A stretch of 63,400 nucleotides of DNA, the filler included, from Octopus bimaculoides (Eukaryota), in the NCBI RefSeq assembly GCF_001194135.2. It is 7 parts of 6 records of this genome, joined end to end, with 100 filler letters (N's around TTAATTAATTAA, not from the genome) between each part and the next. Parts side by side here need not be neighbours in the genome. Positions count along the whole stretch, not along the records: positions 29,442 to 56,868 come from NC_068998.1; positions 56,969 to 60,973 come from NC_069008.1; positions 61,074 to 63,400 come from NW_026362369.1; 4 more parts are not named here. One strand, 5' to 3'. Of this stretch, positions 52,573-63,400 are shown piece after piece. The notes beneath the pieces were generated by a model. It made no database searches. It had not been told where the DNA came from and was given only the letters and a program-made list of their open reading frames with translations. The first letter of the stretch is position 1, and the number at the start of each line of letters is the position of its first letter. The position numbers and the translations under genes are program-made.

Positions 52573-53082
52573 ATATACAATAGACTTCTTTCAGTTTCCA
52601 TCTACCAAACCTACTCATAAGGTTTTGATCTGTTTGGGGCTATAGTAGAAAACATTTTCTCAAGGTGTCACACATTGGAACTGAACCGAAGACCAGATGG
52701 TTGTGAAACAAGCTTCATAACCACAGTCACAAATGATGCAGAATTTAGTCTTGTCTTTTCAGTTCCAAGTTCAAATTCACCAGGAGCCATTTAGCCTTTC
52801 AAGCCTTTAGATTTGAAAGCCCTTAGTTTCAATAAGATACATACCAGCAAAATACTGTTTGAGTTCAATCAACTAATTACACTCTTTCTCTGCAAATATT
52901 GCTTTTGTGTTAAAGAAAAAGGAAAAAAAAATCAATAGTTGTAACCCATTGTCAGAACATAATGTCTTGGAAACTACTAAAAATGTTACAAAAGTCTCTC
53001 TTTGATTTCCTTAAATGAAAGAGTGTTTATAATTCTATTAGGCAGCTTGTTGTATGATAAATAATATATTTCATGCCAAAGC

Positions 53083-53116
<34 letters not shown>

Positions 53117-53148
53117 GTATGTATGGGTGTATTTGTGTATGTATGTAC

Positions 53149-53185
<37 letters not shown>

Positions 53186-53249
53186 CATACACACACAAAA
53201 TACCAAAAAAGAAAATATAGCCAGTATCATCAATTTTATTTAATTCATT

Positions 53250-53340
53250 GAGTATTTTATTTTATTTTGCAGGCTTCTCTGAAAAACAGAATTCACTTTC
53301 AATCAGCTTCAAACTAGATGAAGCATTGTCTTTCATATAA
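53250..53340 (+). other. Candidate non-coding exon (acceptor AG at 53271-53272)
   Basis: gtattttattttattttgcag|gcttctc is a strong acceptor-like site. The downstream donor (ataa|gtatat, ~53340) is weak. Confidence 0.25.
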
Positions 53341-55360
53341 GTATATTTGACTCTTTAACACTTTCAGGATAGGAATTTTCAAACAAAACAAGTTCTATTA
53401 TTCCCAGTTGGTTTGTTGTGTTTTAACAAATTATGCAGTTTTCATAGTGCTGATTTCTTTAGTTTTATATTTACCAAAGTCTAAGTCTAAAACATAAAAG
53501 CTGCTAAGTTCTCTCTATTACCACAAGCTTCAGTCCTTGTGATGATGTGGTGGTGTATCTGCCTCAATGAACCTTGAGAGCTATGCTAGCAAAGTGCAAG
53601 GTCCTGGTAGGGCTTCCCATGTCAGACAAATCAAAGGATAGAGGCCACGCTAATACTACCTCTTTCTAGAGGTGAAAATGGGTTTGCATAGAGTCAATAA
53701 TCCTGCCTAGAAAAAGGGGGAAAAAACTTAGTTACAAGAGCATCAATGATAATCCAAACCCAACAAGACCTGGAAGAGGAGAGAAGCAGAAGATACAACT
53801 CAGTGATGGCCTCCATTGGAGGCAAACAGTTTATGTAAGTTCGTAAAGCCTGTATGCATCATTTTCCATTCTGATGATACGGTGTAACTAAATCTAAAAC
53901 TTACACTTTTAAGTTAACAGAGAATTAAACAGAACAACAGGCTGGCAGTAGTTTTGCTTTTCACAGAAGACAAAAGCTTTATAAGCATCTCTGGATGAAC
54001 CGAATTAACCAAATTCATTCTAGCCCCTTTTGTTTCACTTACACCATCAATGTTTTTCTGAGTGGTATAATTGTCATACAACCTCATTTTCTTTCCTCAA
54101 AATGTTGCAGTCATTTAGCAAATTAATTTGATGATGCAAAACGGTATCCATTATCATATAATGAATATTGTTTTAGTAGAGAGCCATTATCCTTATAATA
54201 ATTGTTATCATCATTATTTGGGCTTGTCTTGCAGAAATGCTACAATATCACTATATATTCCTAAAGAATATATTAACATTTATCATGTTTCTGAGTTGAA
54301 ATTTGACTGAAATCAGTTTTAAATTTCAGCCTTCAGAGTCAATAGAATATGTACCAATACATCCAATTGATGGATTCATTTGAATATATTCCCCTAAATT
54401 GAGAAAATATTGTCATCATACTTTTCACTATTTCTTTGTCATTATTGTCTTTACCAATATTTCCATTACCACCAGTACTACAAGCCCCACAACTTCTACA
54501 ACCATATCAATTACCATCATCATCATCATCATTTTGTGACCTTTGCTATTACAGACCTCATAATTCTTCTTCAGAGTTCATAATCCTGCATTAATACACC
54601 TCACCAAAGACTTGTATTTCATATCACAGATCTTTAGTGATGGTATCTGGATAAAAGAGCTTGCAACTTTTCCCACCAGCTAGCTGAGATTACCAAAGGT
54701 CAAATGATGATGCCAGCTGAGGTCACCAAATGTCAAATGATGATGTTACAGTTAATTTTTTATTTAAAGTAGTTCCCAGCAAATTGTACTCTATGTTGCC
54801 TTGCCATTTGTCAGTTGAGGGCTAAGGTGCTAAAGTTCAATAAATTCGTATTAGTCTTAGATGTGTTTTCTATGAAAGATTTTGTTACAACTTTCAAATA
54901 ATTTTTGAAGCTTAACCCTTAAGCATTCAATCTGGTCATATCTGGCCTGAATATTTTACCTGTTTTAAGTTAAAACTGATCAGATCCAACCTCTCACACT
55001 TACCCTACAATGTCATTCTAAAAATATACAAACACACCATTGAAATCTTGAAGCTACAAGACAATGCATGACTGGTGTCCTATCTAGGTGGAAATACAGG
55101 CACCACAGAATCCAGGAAACTGGCCCTATGACCCTATGGCACAGAAAGGACTTTTTGATATGTATGTATATACTAGACTGAGAATTGGACATCTTTTGGT
55201 ATTATTTATTCACCATTACATGTGTTTCATTTGTTAATAGGAATTACAAAGTTTTACATGTTAGATAGACATGTAAGGAACTTCCAAATAGAAATTCTTC
55301 AGACAGAGAAATTGAATAATACAAATTTTATGTTTAGATGAACTGTTTATATTTGGATAT

Positions 55361-55435
<75 letters not shown>

Positions 55436-55852
55436 TACAAATATACCAGTACATATGCACAAATACACAAACACACATGCCCTAACTACCTACATAATAT
55501 ATATATATTCTTTCTTTTATTCTTTTATACATTTCAGCTCTAAGACTGTGGCCATACTGGAGCTATACATACATATATGGTGTTAGGAAGGGCATCCAAA
55601 TTAGATTGGAGCCTGGTGTTGCCATCCGGTTTCACCAGTCCTCAGTCAAATCGTCCAACCCATGCTAGCGTGGAAAGCGGACGTTAAACGATGATGATGA
55701 TGATGATGATGATATATATATTGTTACAATATGAGCTTCTTAACCATAATGCCATACCTGCACCTATGCAAAGAATTAGCAAGATTGTCTGCAAAATCTA
55801 AATCAGTTTCATGTCTGTCTGGATAGTGTTAGTATTGTCTTGTAGTAAGTAG

Positions 55853-55899
55853 GTGACCTTTATTAATACCACCACCACCACTACCACCACTGTCACAAT

Positions 55900-55950
<51 letters not shown>

Positions 55951-56530
55951 ACCACTATTACTACTGCTACCACTACACTACCACCACTTCCATAACCACC
56001 ACTACAACCATAACCACAAATACCATCACCACCACCACAACTACAACCACAACCACAACTACCATCACCACTACCGCCATCACAATCCCAACCACCATAA
56101 CAACCAGCATCACTACAAACAATACTATAGCAACCACCACCACCACCACCACCATAACCACCACCACCATAACCACCACCACCATAACCACCACCACCAT
56201 AACCACCACCACCATAACCACCACCACCATAACCACCACCACCATAACCACCACCACCATAACCACCACCACCATAACCACCATTATCACAACCACCATC
56301 ACCACTACCACCAGTGCAACCACCACCACCACCACCATCATATCTACTTTCACCACAACTCCCACTACAACCTCAACCACCATAACAACCAGCATCACCA
56401 CAACCACTACTGTCCTCCACCACCACTACCTACACAACCACTGCTACCATCACTATCACCATTGCAGCCAACACCACTAACACCACCACTGTCACCACAC
56501 TAGTATTATCATCACCACCACTATAATCTC

Positions 56531-56562
<32 letters not shown>

Positions 56563-56868
56563 CATCATTCATTACTGCTGCTACTACTACTACCACAACC
56601 AACAACATCACAACCAGCAACAACACTACCAATATCAACAACACCTCCACTACCAACACCAATACTGTTACCAACACCACCACCACCACTGCTACCAACA
56701 CCACCACTGCTACCAATACGACCACCATGATCAACACCACTACCACCACCAACAACATCATTGCTGCTACAACAATGACCACTGCCGCTATCAACATCAC
56801 CACCACCACCACCACCATCATCACTACCATTATGACCATTCTATTAAATCAAATGCCACCACCACCAC
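55853..56868. repeat. (ACC/ACT/AAC)n low-complexity tract with a 15-bp unit (aaccaccaccaccat) x7
   Basis: Directly visible; gives the poly-His, poly-Thr and poly-Val pseudo-ORFs. Confidence 0.95.
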
Positions 56869-56989
56869 NNNNNNNNNNNNNNNNNNNNNNNNNNNNNNNN
56901 NNNNNNNNNNNNTTAATTAATTAANNNNNNNNNNNNNNNNNNNNNNNNNNNNNNNNNNNNNNNNNNNNGCACCACACAGTTGCTTTAAC

Positions 56990-57285
56990 ATGGTGGCACT
57001 TTTACATGGCACCGCATGTCTGCTTTTATGAGGAATGATCACAAGTACTTTTCACCACCAGAGGGATGAGTGTGATTACTTCTGCTGGGGAGTACGGGTC
57101 TTCTTGAGTACAGCGAGGTGCCAGGCATCTTGTTCTTTGTCAGATCACCTAAAAGGTTCAGCATCCTAAGTTAATTTATCAGCCCTTCCTCCCATATCTT
57201 CCTGGGTGTCCCACTTCCATGTGTTCCATCTACTTTGAGAGTTCAGCACTTCCTTATGAAGCTGTTGTCATCCAGCTCAGTTGAT
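56990..57285 (-). mobile_element. RTE LINE 3' fragment in the putative ZNF intron
   Basis: DDNSFIRKC*TLKVDGTHGSGTPRKIWEEGL..LRMLNL..TKN, same family as 29442-29945. Confidence 0.7.
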
Positions 57286-57334
57286 CTCATTAGAAATGAA
57301 TTTGTATTGTTTAAGGAACCTCAACATCTTACAC

Positions 57335-57692
57335 TGTTGTTTCTCTCTAATTTCAGAACATCAGACAACATTGACATAACAGAAGAAACATCCTCAATAT
57401 CTACCATGTTTTAAAGACTAAAAGAAAATATTATACAAAAAAGATGTACTAGATTGTTTTTTATAAATCTTTGGCAGAATTCTTGTGAAACATTTCCTCT
57501 GGAATAATATTATAAGCAAAATTTCTGAACATCACCAACTGGAGTATCAAGAAGAGTAGCTTGTGTGTTGATTAAATTTGCTAAACAAAGGTAACACTGG
57601 ACAGAAGTACAACAGTAGAAGTGCATGTAAGGAATAAAGTATAAAAACAAAAGCAATACAAATATATAAACTGGGATTTGAGAGGAAAAGTA
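57335..57692 (+). other. Probable 3' splice acceptor (AG at 57355-57356) and 5'-UTR part of the ZNF coding exon
   Basis: ctgttgtttctctctaatttcag|aacatc: pyrimidine tract, CTAAT branch-like motif and CAG, 336 nt upstream of the ATG. No transcript evidence. Confidence 0.55.
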
Positions 57693-59363
57693 ATGGAAAA
57701 GAGTGAGAAAAGTATACAATTGATTTCCCCTGAACCCATGGAAAAAGAGATGATATCATACGATTGTGATATCTGTACAAAGTCCTTCCTTCAAAAAAGT
57801 GACCTACTTATGCACAAACGTATTCATACAGGAGAGAAACTGTATCATTGTGATATCTGTGGTAAATCATTCTCTTGCAGTAGTAAGTTATCTACACACA
57901 AACGTTCTCATACAGGAGAAAAGCCATATCATTGTGATATCTGTGGAAAATCATTCTCTCGAAATAGTAACGTTACTGTGCACAAGCGTATTCATACAGG
58001 AGAGAAACCATATCACTGTGATATCTGTGGTAAATCATTCCCTCAAAGTAATCATTTAACTGAACACAAACGTATTCATACAGGAGAGAAACCATATCAA
58101 TGTGATATCTGTGGTAAATCATTCTCACAAAGTATTCACTTATCTACACATATACGTAGTCATACAGGTGAGAAACCATATAATTGTGATATCTGTGGTA
58201 AACCATTCTCTGATAATACTGCCTTAACAAAGCATATACGTATTCATACAGGAGAGAAGCCATATCATTGTAATATTTGTGGCAAACGATTCTCTAGTAA
58301 TAGATCCTTAACATCACACAGTCATACTCACACAGGAAAGAAGCCATATCATTGTGATATTTGTGGTAAACCATGCTCCAATAAGAGTTACGTAACTGTA
58401 CACAGACGTATTCATACAGGAGAGGTGCCATATCATTGTGATATTTGTGGTAAACCATGCTCTAATAATAGTGCCTTAACTACACACAAACGTATTCATA
58501 CGGGAGAGAAACCATATCATTGTGATATCTGTGGTAAATCATTCTCTCAAAGTAATACCTTAAAGGGACACAAAAGTATTCATACAGGAGAGAAGCCATA
58601 TCACTGTAATGTCTGTGGTAAATCATTCTCTCAAGGGAATCACTTATCTACACACATATGTATTCATACAGGAGCGAAACTATATAATTGTGATATTTGT
58701 ACTAAATCATTCTCTGAAAATACTACCTTAACAAAACACAAACTTATTCACACAGGAGAGATGCCATATCATTGTGATGTCTGTGGTAAACCATGCTTTA
58801 ATAATAGTGCCTTAATGTCACACAGACGTATTCATACAGGAGAGAAACCATATCATTGTGATATTTGTGGTAAATCATTCTCTCAAAGTAATACCTTAAA
58901 GGGACACAAACGTATTCATACAGGAGAGAAGCCATATCACTGTAATGTCTGTGGTAAATCATTCTCTCAAGGGAATCACTTAACTGTACATACACGTATT
59001 CATACAGGAGAGATGCCATTTCATTGTGATATTTGTGGTAAACCATGCTCTAATAATAGTGCCTTAACATCACACAGACGCATTCATACAGGAGAGAAAC
59101 AGTATCATTGTAATGTCTGTGGTAAATCATTCTTTGAAAATACTGCCTTAACAAAACACAATCGTACTCATACAGGAGAGAAGCCATATCACTGTGAATT
59201 TTGTGGTGAATCATTCTCTCATAATAGTATCTTAATTACACATAAACGTATTCATACAGGAGAGAAGCCATATCACTGTGATATTTGTGGTAAACACTTC
59301 TCTCACAATAGTAACTTAACAAAACACAAACATATTCATAATGGGGAGAAAGAAAAAGTGTAA
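57693..59363 (+). CDS. Tandem C2H2 zinc-finger protein, 19 fingers, no KRAB/SCAN/BTB domain visible
   Basis: Uninterrupted ORF. The first ATG is at 57693 ([23 protein letters not shown]), followed by 19 CxxC-x12-HxxxH units joined by TGEKPY-type linkers and a TAA stop at 59361-59363. The ORF track's TTG start at 57678 is not a eukaryotic start. Confidence 0.95.
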   Translation: MEKSEKSIQLISPEPMEKEMISYDCDICTKSFLQKSDLLMHKRIHTGEKLYHCDICGKSFSCSSKLSTHKRSHTGEKPYHCDICGKSFSRNSNVTVHKRIHTGEKPYHCDICGKSFPQSNHLTEHKRIHTGEKPYQCDICGKSFSQSIHLSTHIRSHTGEKPYNCDICGKPFSDNTALTKHIRIHTGEKPYHCNICGKRFSSNRSLTSHSHTHTGKKPYHCDICGKPCSNKSYVTVHRRIHTGEVPYHCDICGKPCSNNSALTTHKRIHTGEKPYHCDICGKSFSQSNTLKGHKSIHTGEKPYHCNVCGKSFSQGNHLSTHICIHTGAKLYNCDICTKSFSENTTLTKHKLIHTGEMPYHCDVCGKPCFNNSALMSHRRIHTGEKPYHCDICGKSFSQSNTLKGHKRIHTGEKPYHCNVCGKSFSQGNHLTVHTRIHTGEMPFHCDICGKPCSNNSALTSHRRIHTGEKQYHCNVCGKSFFENTALTKHNRTHTGEKPYHCEFCGESFSHNSILITHKRIHTGEKPYHCDICGKHFSHNSNLTKHKHIHNGEKEKV

Positions 59364-59749
59364 TTTCTGTAGCGTCTTATTTGCTATATGTATTTAATAT
59401 TCTTCTGTTATGCAATGGAAATTATGACTGAAGTATTTTCAAAATTTTTAGAGTTTTTCGTTTTTGCAATTTTCTCTTTCTGTTGCTTCCTTGACCATTC
59501 ATGGATTCCCTTTCCATGGTGTAAGGACCTCTGCACCAAAACCCCTCATCCTCCTGACGATCGTACATTTTATTCTTTATTGGAGACTGCATCCACAAAT
59601 TTCTGTGAATTTATTGCTTATTATTATGAGCAGTAGAAGCAGTCTTGGAAGAATGGGAGCAGTTGGTAGCTGGAAGACAAGCTAGGAAAGAGGACACTTT
59701 AGCAAGGAAAAAGTAGAGTATGTATACATATGATTTTGATCATATATAT

Positions 59750-60420
59750 ATACATGCATACCCACCTACATATGTGCAGGTGCATCTCTTTCTATACACC
59801 CCTCCCACACTCCCATCCTCCCCTCACATTATCTTGACCACCAACTAACACTTTTCTCACTTCTTTCACCCTTTCTTCACTTTTCTTTTTTTTTCACTCT
59901 TTTTATTATTATCTGTCCTTTTTCTTTTTTCCTCTTCCTGTCTTCATTTTGACCTATCGTACACATCTCTTCCCCCACCCCATCCATCCACAAATACTAC
60001 CAATATATTCTCAAATTTTCATTCACACCACAAAACCCCTTTGAATGAGCAACACAGAATCCATGGCACCACACTTAGAAATAACTAAGCACGAACTATT
60101 ATTGGAATTTACATACCATGTGCAGGAAACTTTTTACTTCTAGACACCACTTTACTCAAATAATGGAACTGCAGCTACAATGTTTTATATTTTACTTCTA
60201 CTTTCATTCTATTATTTCCCTCTATATTCCCTACAATAATTCCTTATTTGGACTCAAACATTTACCTCTATTTAACCATCTCACATCGTCTCTGATGAAG
60301 GGATATCCATAATATCCCAGAAACAGCTGTAAGACTACATCTATATCTCCTTATAAATGTCCTGAAAACTCCTCACAACCTTGACTTTGTTATCTCTTTT
60401 TGTCTAATATATATATATAT
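59750..60420 (+). mobile_element. Degenerate Penelope-like terminal region
   Basis: Pyrimidine-rich stretch and a degenerate reading frame (FTSRHHFTQIMELQL) ending in the hammerhead motif typical of Penelope-like element termini. Confidence 0.35.
60288..60335 (+). ncRNA. Minimal type I hammerhead ribozyme motif, Penelope-terminus type
   Basis: gtct-CTGATGA-a-GGGATAT-ccata-ATATCCC-a-GAAA-cagctgTA-agac: catalytic core, 7-bp stem II, palindromic stem III (ACAGCTGT), GUA cleavage triplet and a 4-bp stem I (gtct/agac). Confidence 0.6.
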
Positions 60421-61073
60421 ATACATGCTAATACAAGACCCACATTAAACTCCTCACTCATATTACTATAGAACCAAGAGTTTAACTATCGTCTGTCCAT
60501 AGCACTTAGTGTTACGAGCCACTCTTTGGGTCTTCAAGATACCAATACTTTATAAATATATATATGTCTATTTTCTTGTCTTTTATTATCATAGTCTTAT
60601 ATGTAATTATTTTCCTCTTTGTTTCTTCGATAAGTTCGTTAGGGAGGATGGCTTTAACATCAAAACTTCCCTCTTTCGAACATACCTCTGTATTGTCGCA
60701 GTGAGTCTAACTCTATGTTTAATTTGTCTTTTCTCACACCGGCTGCGGTGGCAAAATGAATTTTCTTTTTGTTGTCTTCTGTCGGGTTTACTTTTCCGTT
60801 ATTCATTTTAGCATTTATTTTTCCTTCTTCGTTCTTTTTTTTTTTTTTTTCGTTTACTGCATTTATGTGGCTTTCGTTCACATTTTCGTCATTTTGACTT
60901 GTTTTACGGTTACCTTTTGGTTAGCCTGGTCAGGGTTAGAAGACTTGTCATCCGAATTCATTTTCACACATTTNNNNNNNNNNNNNNNNNNNNNNNNNNN
61001 NNNNNNNNNNNNNNNNNTTAATTAATTAANNNNNNNNNNNNNNNNNNNNNNNNNNNNNNNNNNNNNNNNNNNN

Positions 61074-61481
61074 GAGAGGAGAGAGGAAGAGAGGAGAGAG
61101 GAGGAGGGTTAGATGAAGAGAGGGGAGAGCTGAGCCCATTTGGTGCAAAGGAGCGAAGAGAGAAGATTAATCCCTGCTCACGGTGAAGACGGGAGTCCGG
61201 ATGGCCCCTGTGCAAGGACAATCCGAACACACACAGGTGTTGTAAAGAGTGACCGGTGGAGCTGAAATGGCGCAAGACCGGGGTGTCGTTGCCGAGTCTG
61301 ATGTCTCGGAGGTGTTCCGCGAACCGGTCAGCCAAGCGGCGTCCCGTTTGACCGATGTATGGAGAAGGACAGACAGAGAGCAAGAGATGCAGTGGATGAC
61401 GTTGCTAGAAGTGCAGGTGAAGAAGTCAGTGATATGATAGGGTCGATGATGGGTGCCTGTGAGGAGGGTGGTGTTAGGGAT
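61074..61481 (-). mobile_element. Penelope-like retroelement fragment (GIY-YIG endonuclease pseudogene)
   Basis: Minus strand reads HITDFFTCTSSNVIHCISCSL, then a frameshift, then CPSPYIGQTGRRLADRFAEHLRDIRLGNDTPVLRHFSSTGHS...LIFSLRSFAPNGL, matching the Penelope GIY-YIG C-terminus. Confidence 0.88.
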
Positions 61482-61547
61482 ATATATATAAATGTGTGAA
61501 TATTCAAATGAATACTCGTAAAAATGTTGCTGTTGCTGTTGTTGTTG

Positions 61548-61603
<56 letters not shown>

Positions 61604-63048
61604 GTTATTATTATTATCAGCGGCAAATCTGAATAATTGATAATAATAACAGCAATAACATTAGTGGTGTGAGACTATTGAAGACGTAACGGATTACAAC
61701 GAGGCGAGATAGAAACCTTCCTTGAACAATACAAGGGAGGTTTCGCTGTTGCTTCTAGCACAACCCAAACCACCCTCCTTTTTCACTCTCACGTGTATTA
61801 ATGTTTTTCAATACTTTTCTCCCATTACACNNNNNNNNNNNNNNNNNNNNNNNNNNNNNNNNNNNNNNNNNNNNNNNNNNNNNNNNNNNNNNNNNNNNNN
61901 NNNNNNNNNNNNNNNNNNNNNNNNNNNNNNNNNNNNNNNNNNNNNNNNNNNNNNNNNNNNNNNNNNNNNNNNNNNNNNNNNNNNNNNNNNNNNNNNNNNN
62001 NNNNNNNNNNNNNNNNNNNNNNNNNNNNNNNNNNNNNNNNNNNNNNNNNNNNNNNNNNNNNNNNNNNNNNNNNNNNNNNNNNNNNNNNNNNNNNNNNNNN
62101 NNNNNNNNNNNNNNNNNNNNNNNNNNNNNNNNNNNNNNNNNNNNNNNNNNNNNNNNNNNNNNNNNNNNNNNNNNNNNNNNNNNNNNNNNNNNNNNNNNNN
62201 NNNNNNNNNNNNNNNNNNNNNNNNNNNNNNNNNNNNNNNNNNNNNNNNNNNNNNNNNNNNNNNNNNNNNNNNNNNNNNNNNNNNNNNNNNNNNNNNNNNN
62301 NNNNNNNNNNNNNNNNNNNNNNNNNNNNNNNNNNNNNNNNNNNNNNNNNNNNNNNNNNNNNNNNNNNNNNNNNNNNNNNNNNNNNNNNNNNNNNNNNNNN
62401 NNNNNNNNNNNNNNNNNNNNNNNNNNNNNNNNNNNNNNNNNNNNNNNNNNNNNNNNNNNNNNNNNNNNNNNNNNNNNNNNNNNNNNNNNNNNNNNNNNNN
62501 NNNNNNNNNNNNNNNNNNNNNNNNNNNNNNNNNNNNNNNNNNNNNNNNNNNNNNNNNNNNNNNNNNNNNNNNNNNNNNNNNNNNNNNNNNNNNNNNNNNN
62601 NNNNNNNNNNNNNNNNNNNNNNNNNNNNNNNNNNNNNNNNNNNNNNNNNNNNNNNNNNNNNNNNNNNNNNNNNNNNNNNNNNNNNNNNNNNNNNNNNNNN
62701 NNNNNNNNNNNNNNNNNNNNNNNNNNNNNNNNNNNNNNNNNNNNNNNNNNNNNNNNNNNNNNNNNNNNNNNNNNNNNNNNNNNNNNNNNNNNNNNNNNNN
62801 NNNNNNNNNNNNNNATAATTCCCTATATACCCTGAAGCCACAACATCTAAACGGTATTTATAGAGAATTTTGTGAAAAATATCCATTTTTCTGGATGTTA
62901 TGAGGCAACAAAGTCGGGGGCGGATACATCTGTAGTAATGCTCTTTTATTTATACGGTTTTTTCATTTCATGTTTATTTCATTCATTGTTTGCAATGTTC
63001 TCTCCTCCCTCTATCTCTTTCGCGCGCGCGCGCACACACACACACACA

Positions 63049-63083
<35 letters not shown>

Positions 63084-63400
63084 AAACTGAATTGAAATCT
63101 CTATATTGCATTGAGGAGAAGGTAAAACTTGACAAACTGCTTCTCCCTCTGTTGTTGTTTGTTTAAAAAAGAGAGATTATAACTGATAAAATAATGAAAG
63201 CAATATTTACCAAGCAAGTGAGCACTGTTATACAAAGGAATAATTAGATGCAAAATATCATAAAATTATTAGAAATGGGAAACAAATGTGAAAATATTAT
63301 CAAGTGGCTAGCAGAAAACCACCCAGAGGGCGGTCGTTCTACTAGTATTACTCTTTACTCTTTTACTCTTTACTCTTTTACTTGTTTCAGTCTTTTGACT

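Noticed and set aside
55853-56924. Poly-His (NHHHH)n, poly-Thr and poly-Val ORFs
   Set aside because: Trinucleotide low-complexity DNA open in several frames, with no domain or splice support; probably intronic to the ZNF gene.
57678-57692. N-terminal extension MRGKV of the ZNF ORF
   Set aside because: It depends on a TTG start; the first ATG is at 57693.
62816-62870. YTLKPQHLN, resembling a Penelope C-terminal TLxPxGLN
   Set aside because: A few residues at a gap edge; insufficient evidence.

Overview
Eukaryotic, AT-rich, repeat-dominated genomic DNA with many N gaps. It is most consistent with an octopus (coleoid cephalopod) draft assembly; this is inferred from the HCDICGKSF...HTGEKPY zinc-finger style, the tRNA-derived SINE families and the microsatellite density. 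There is one convincing intact protein-coding region: a single-exon ORF with 19 tandem C2H2 zinc fingers (57693-59363, +), with a likely 5'-UTR acceptor at 57356. The rest is transposon debris: several tRNA-derived SINE families, RTE-clade LINE remnants, a restriction-like-endonuclease (R4/Dong-type) LINE end, Penelope GIY-YIG remnants, three mariner transposase pseudogenes, mariner-, piggyBac- and Merlin-like MITEs, Helitron/Helentron-like elements, and a duplicated ~1.5 kb element with long inverted ends. The best leads are: (1) a minimal hammerhead-ribozyme motif on the sense strand ~925 nt downstream of the ZNF stop; (2) a duplicated transposon-borne TATA/Inr/splice-donor cassette upstream of the ZNF on the same strand; (3) a 29-bp-stem hairpin whose only non-Watson-Crick pairs are G:U; (4) an atypical 'GKPC' finger type spread by a 336-nt internal duplication. 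No true tRNA, rRNA or CRISPR array was found. All assignments were made by eye without database searches, and repeat boundaries are approximate.
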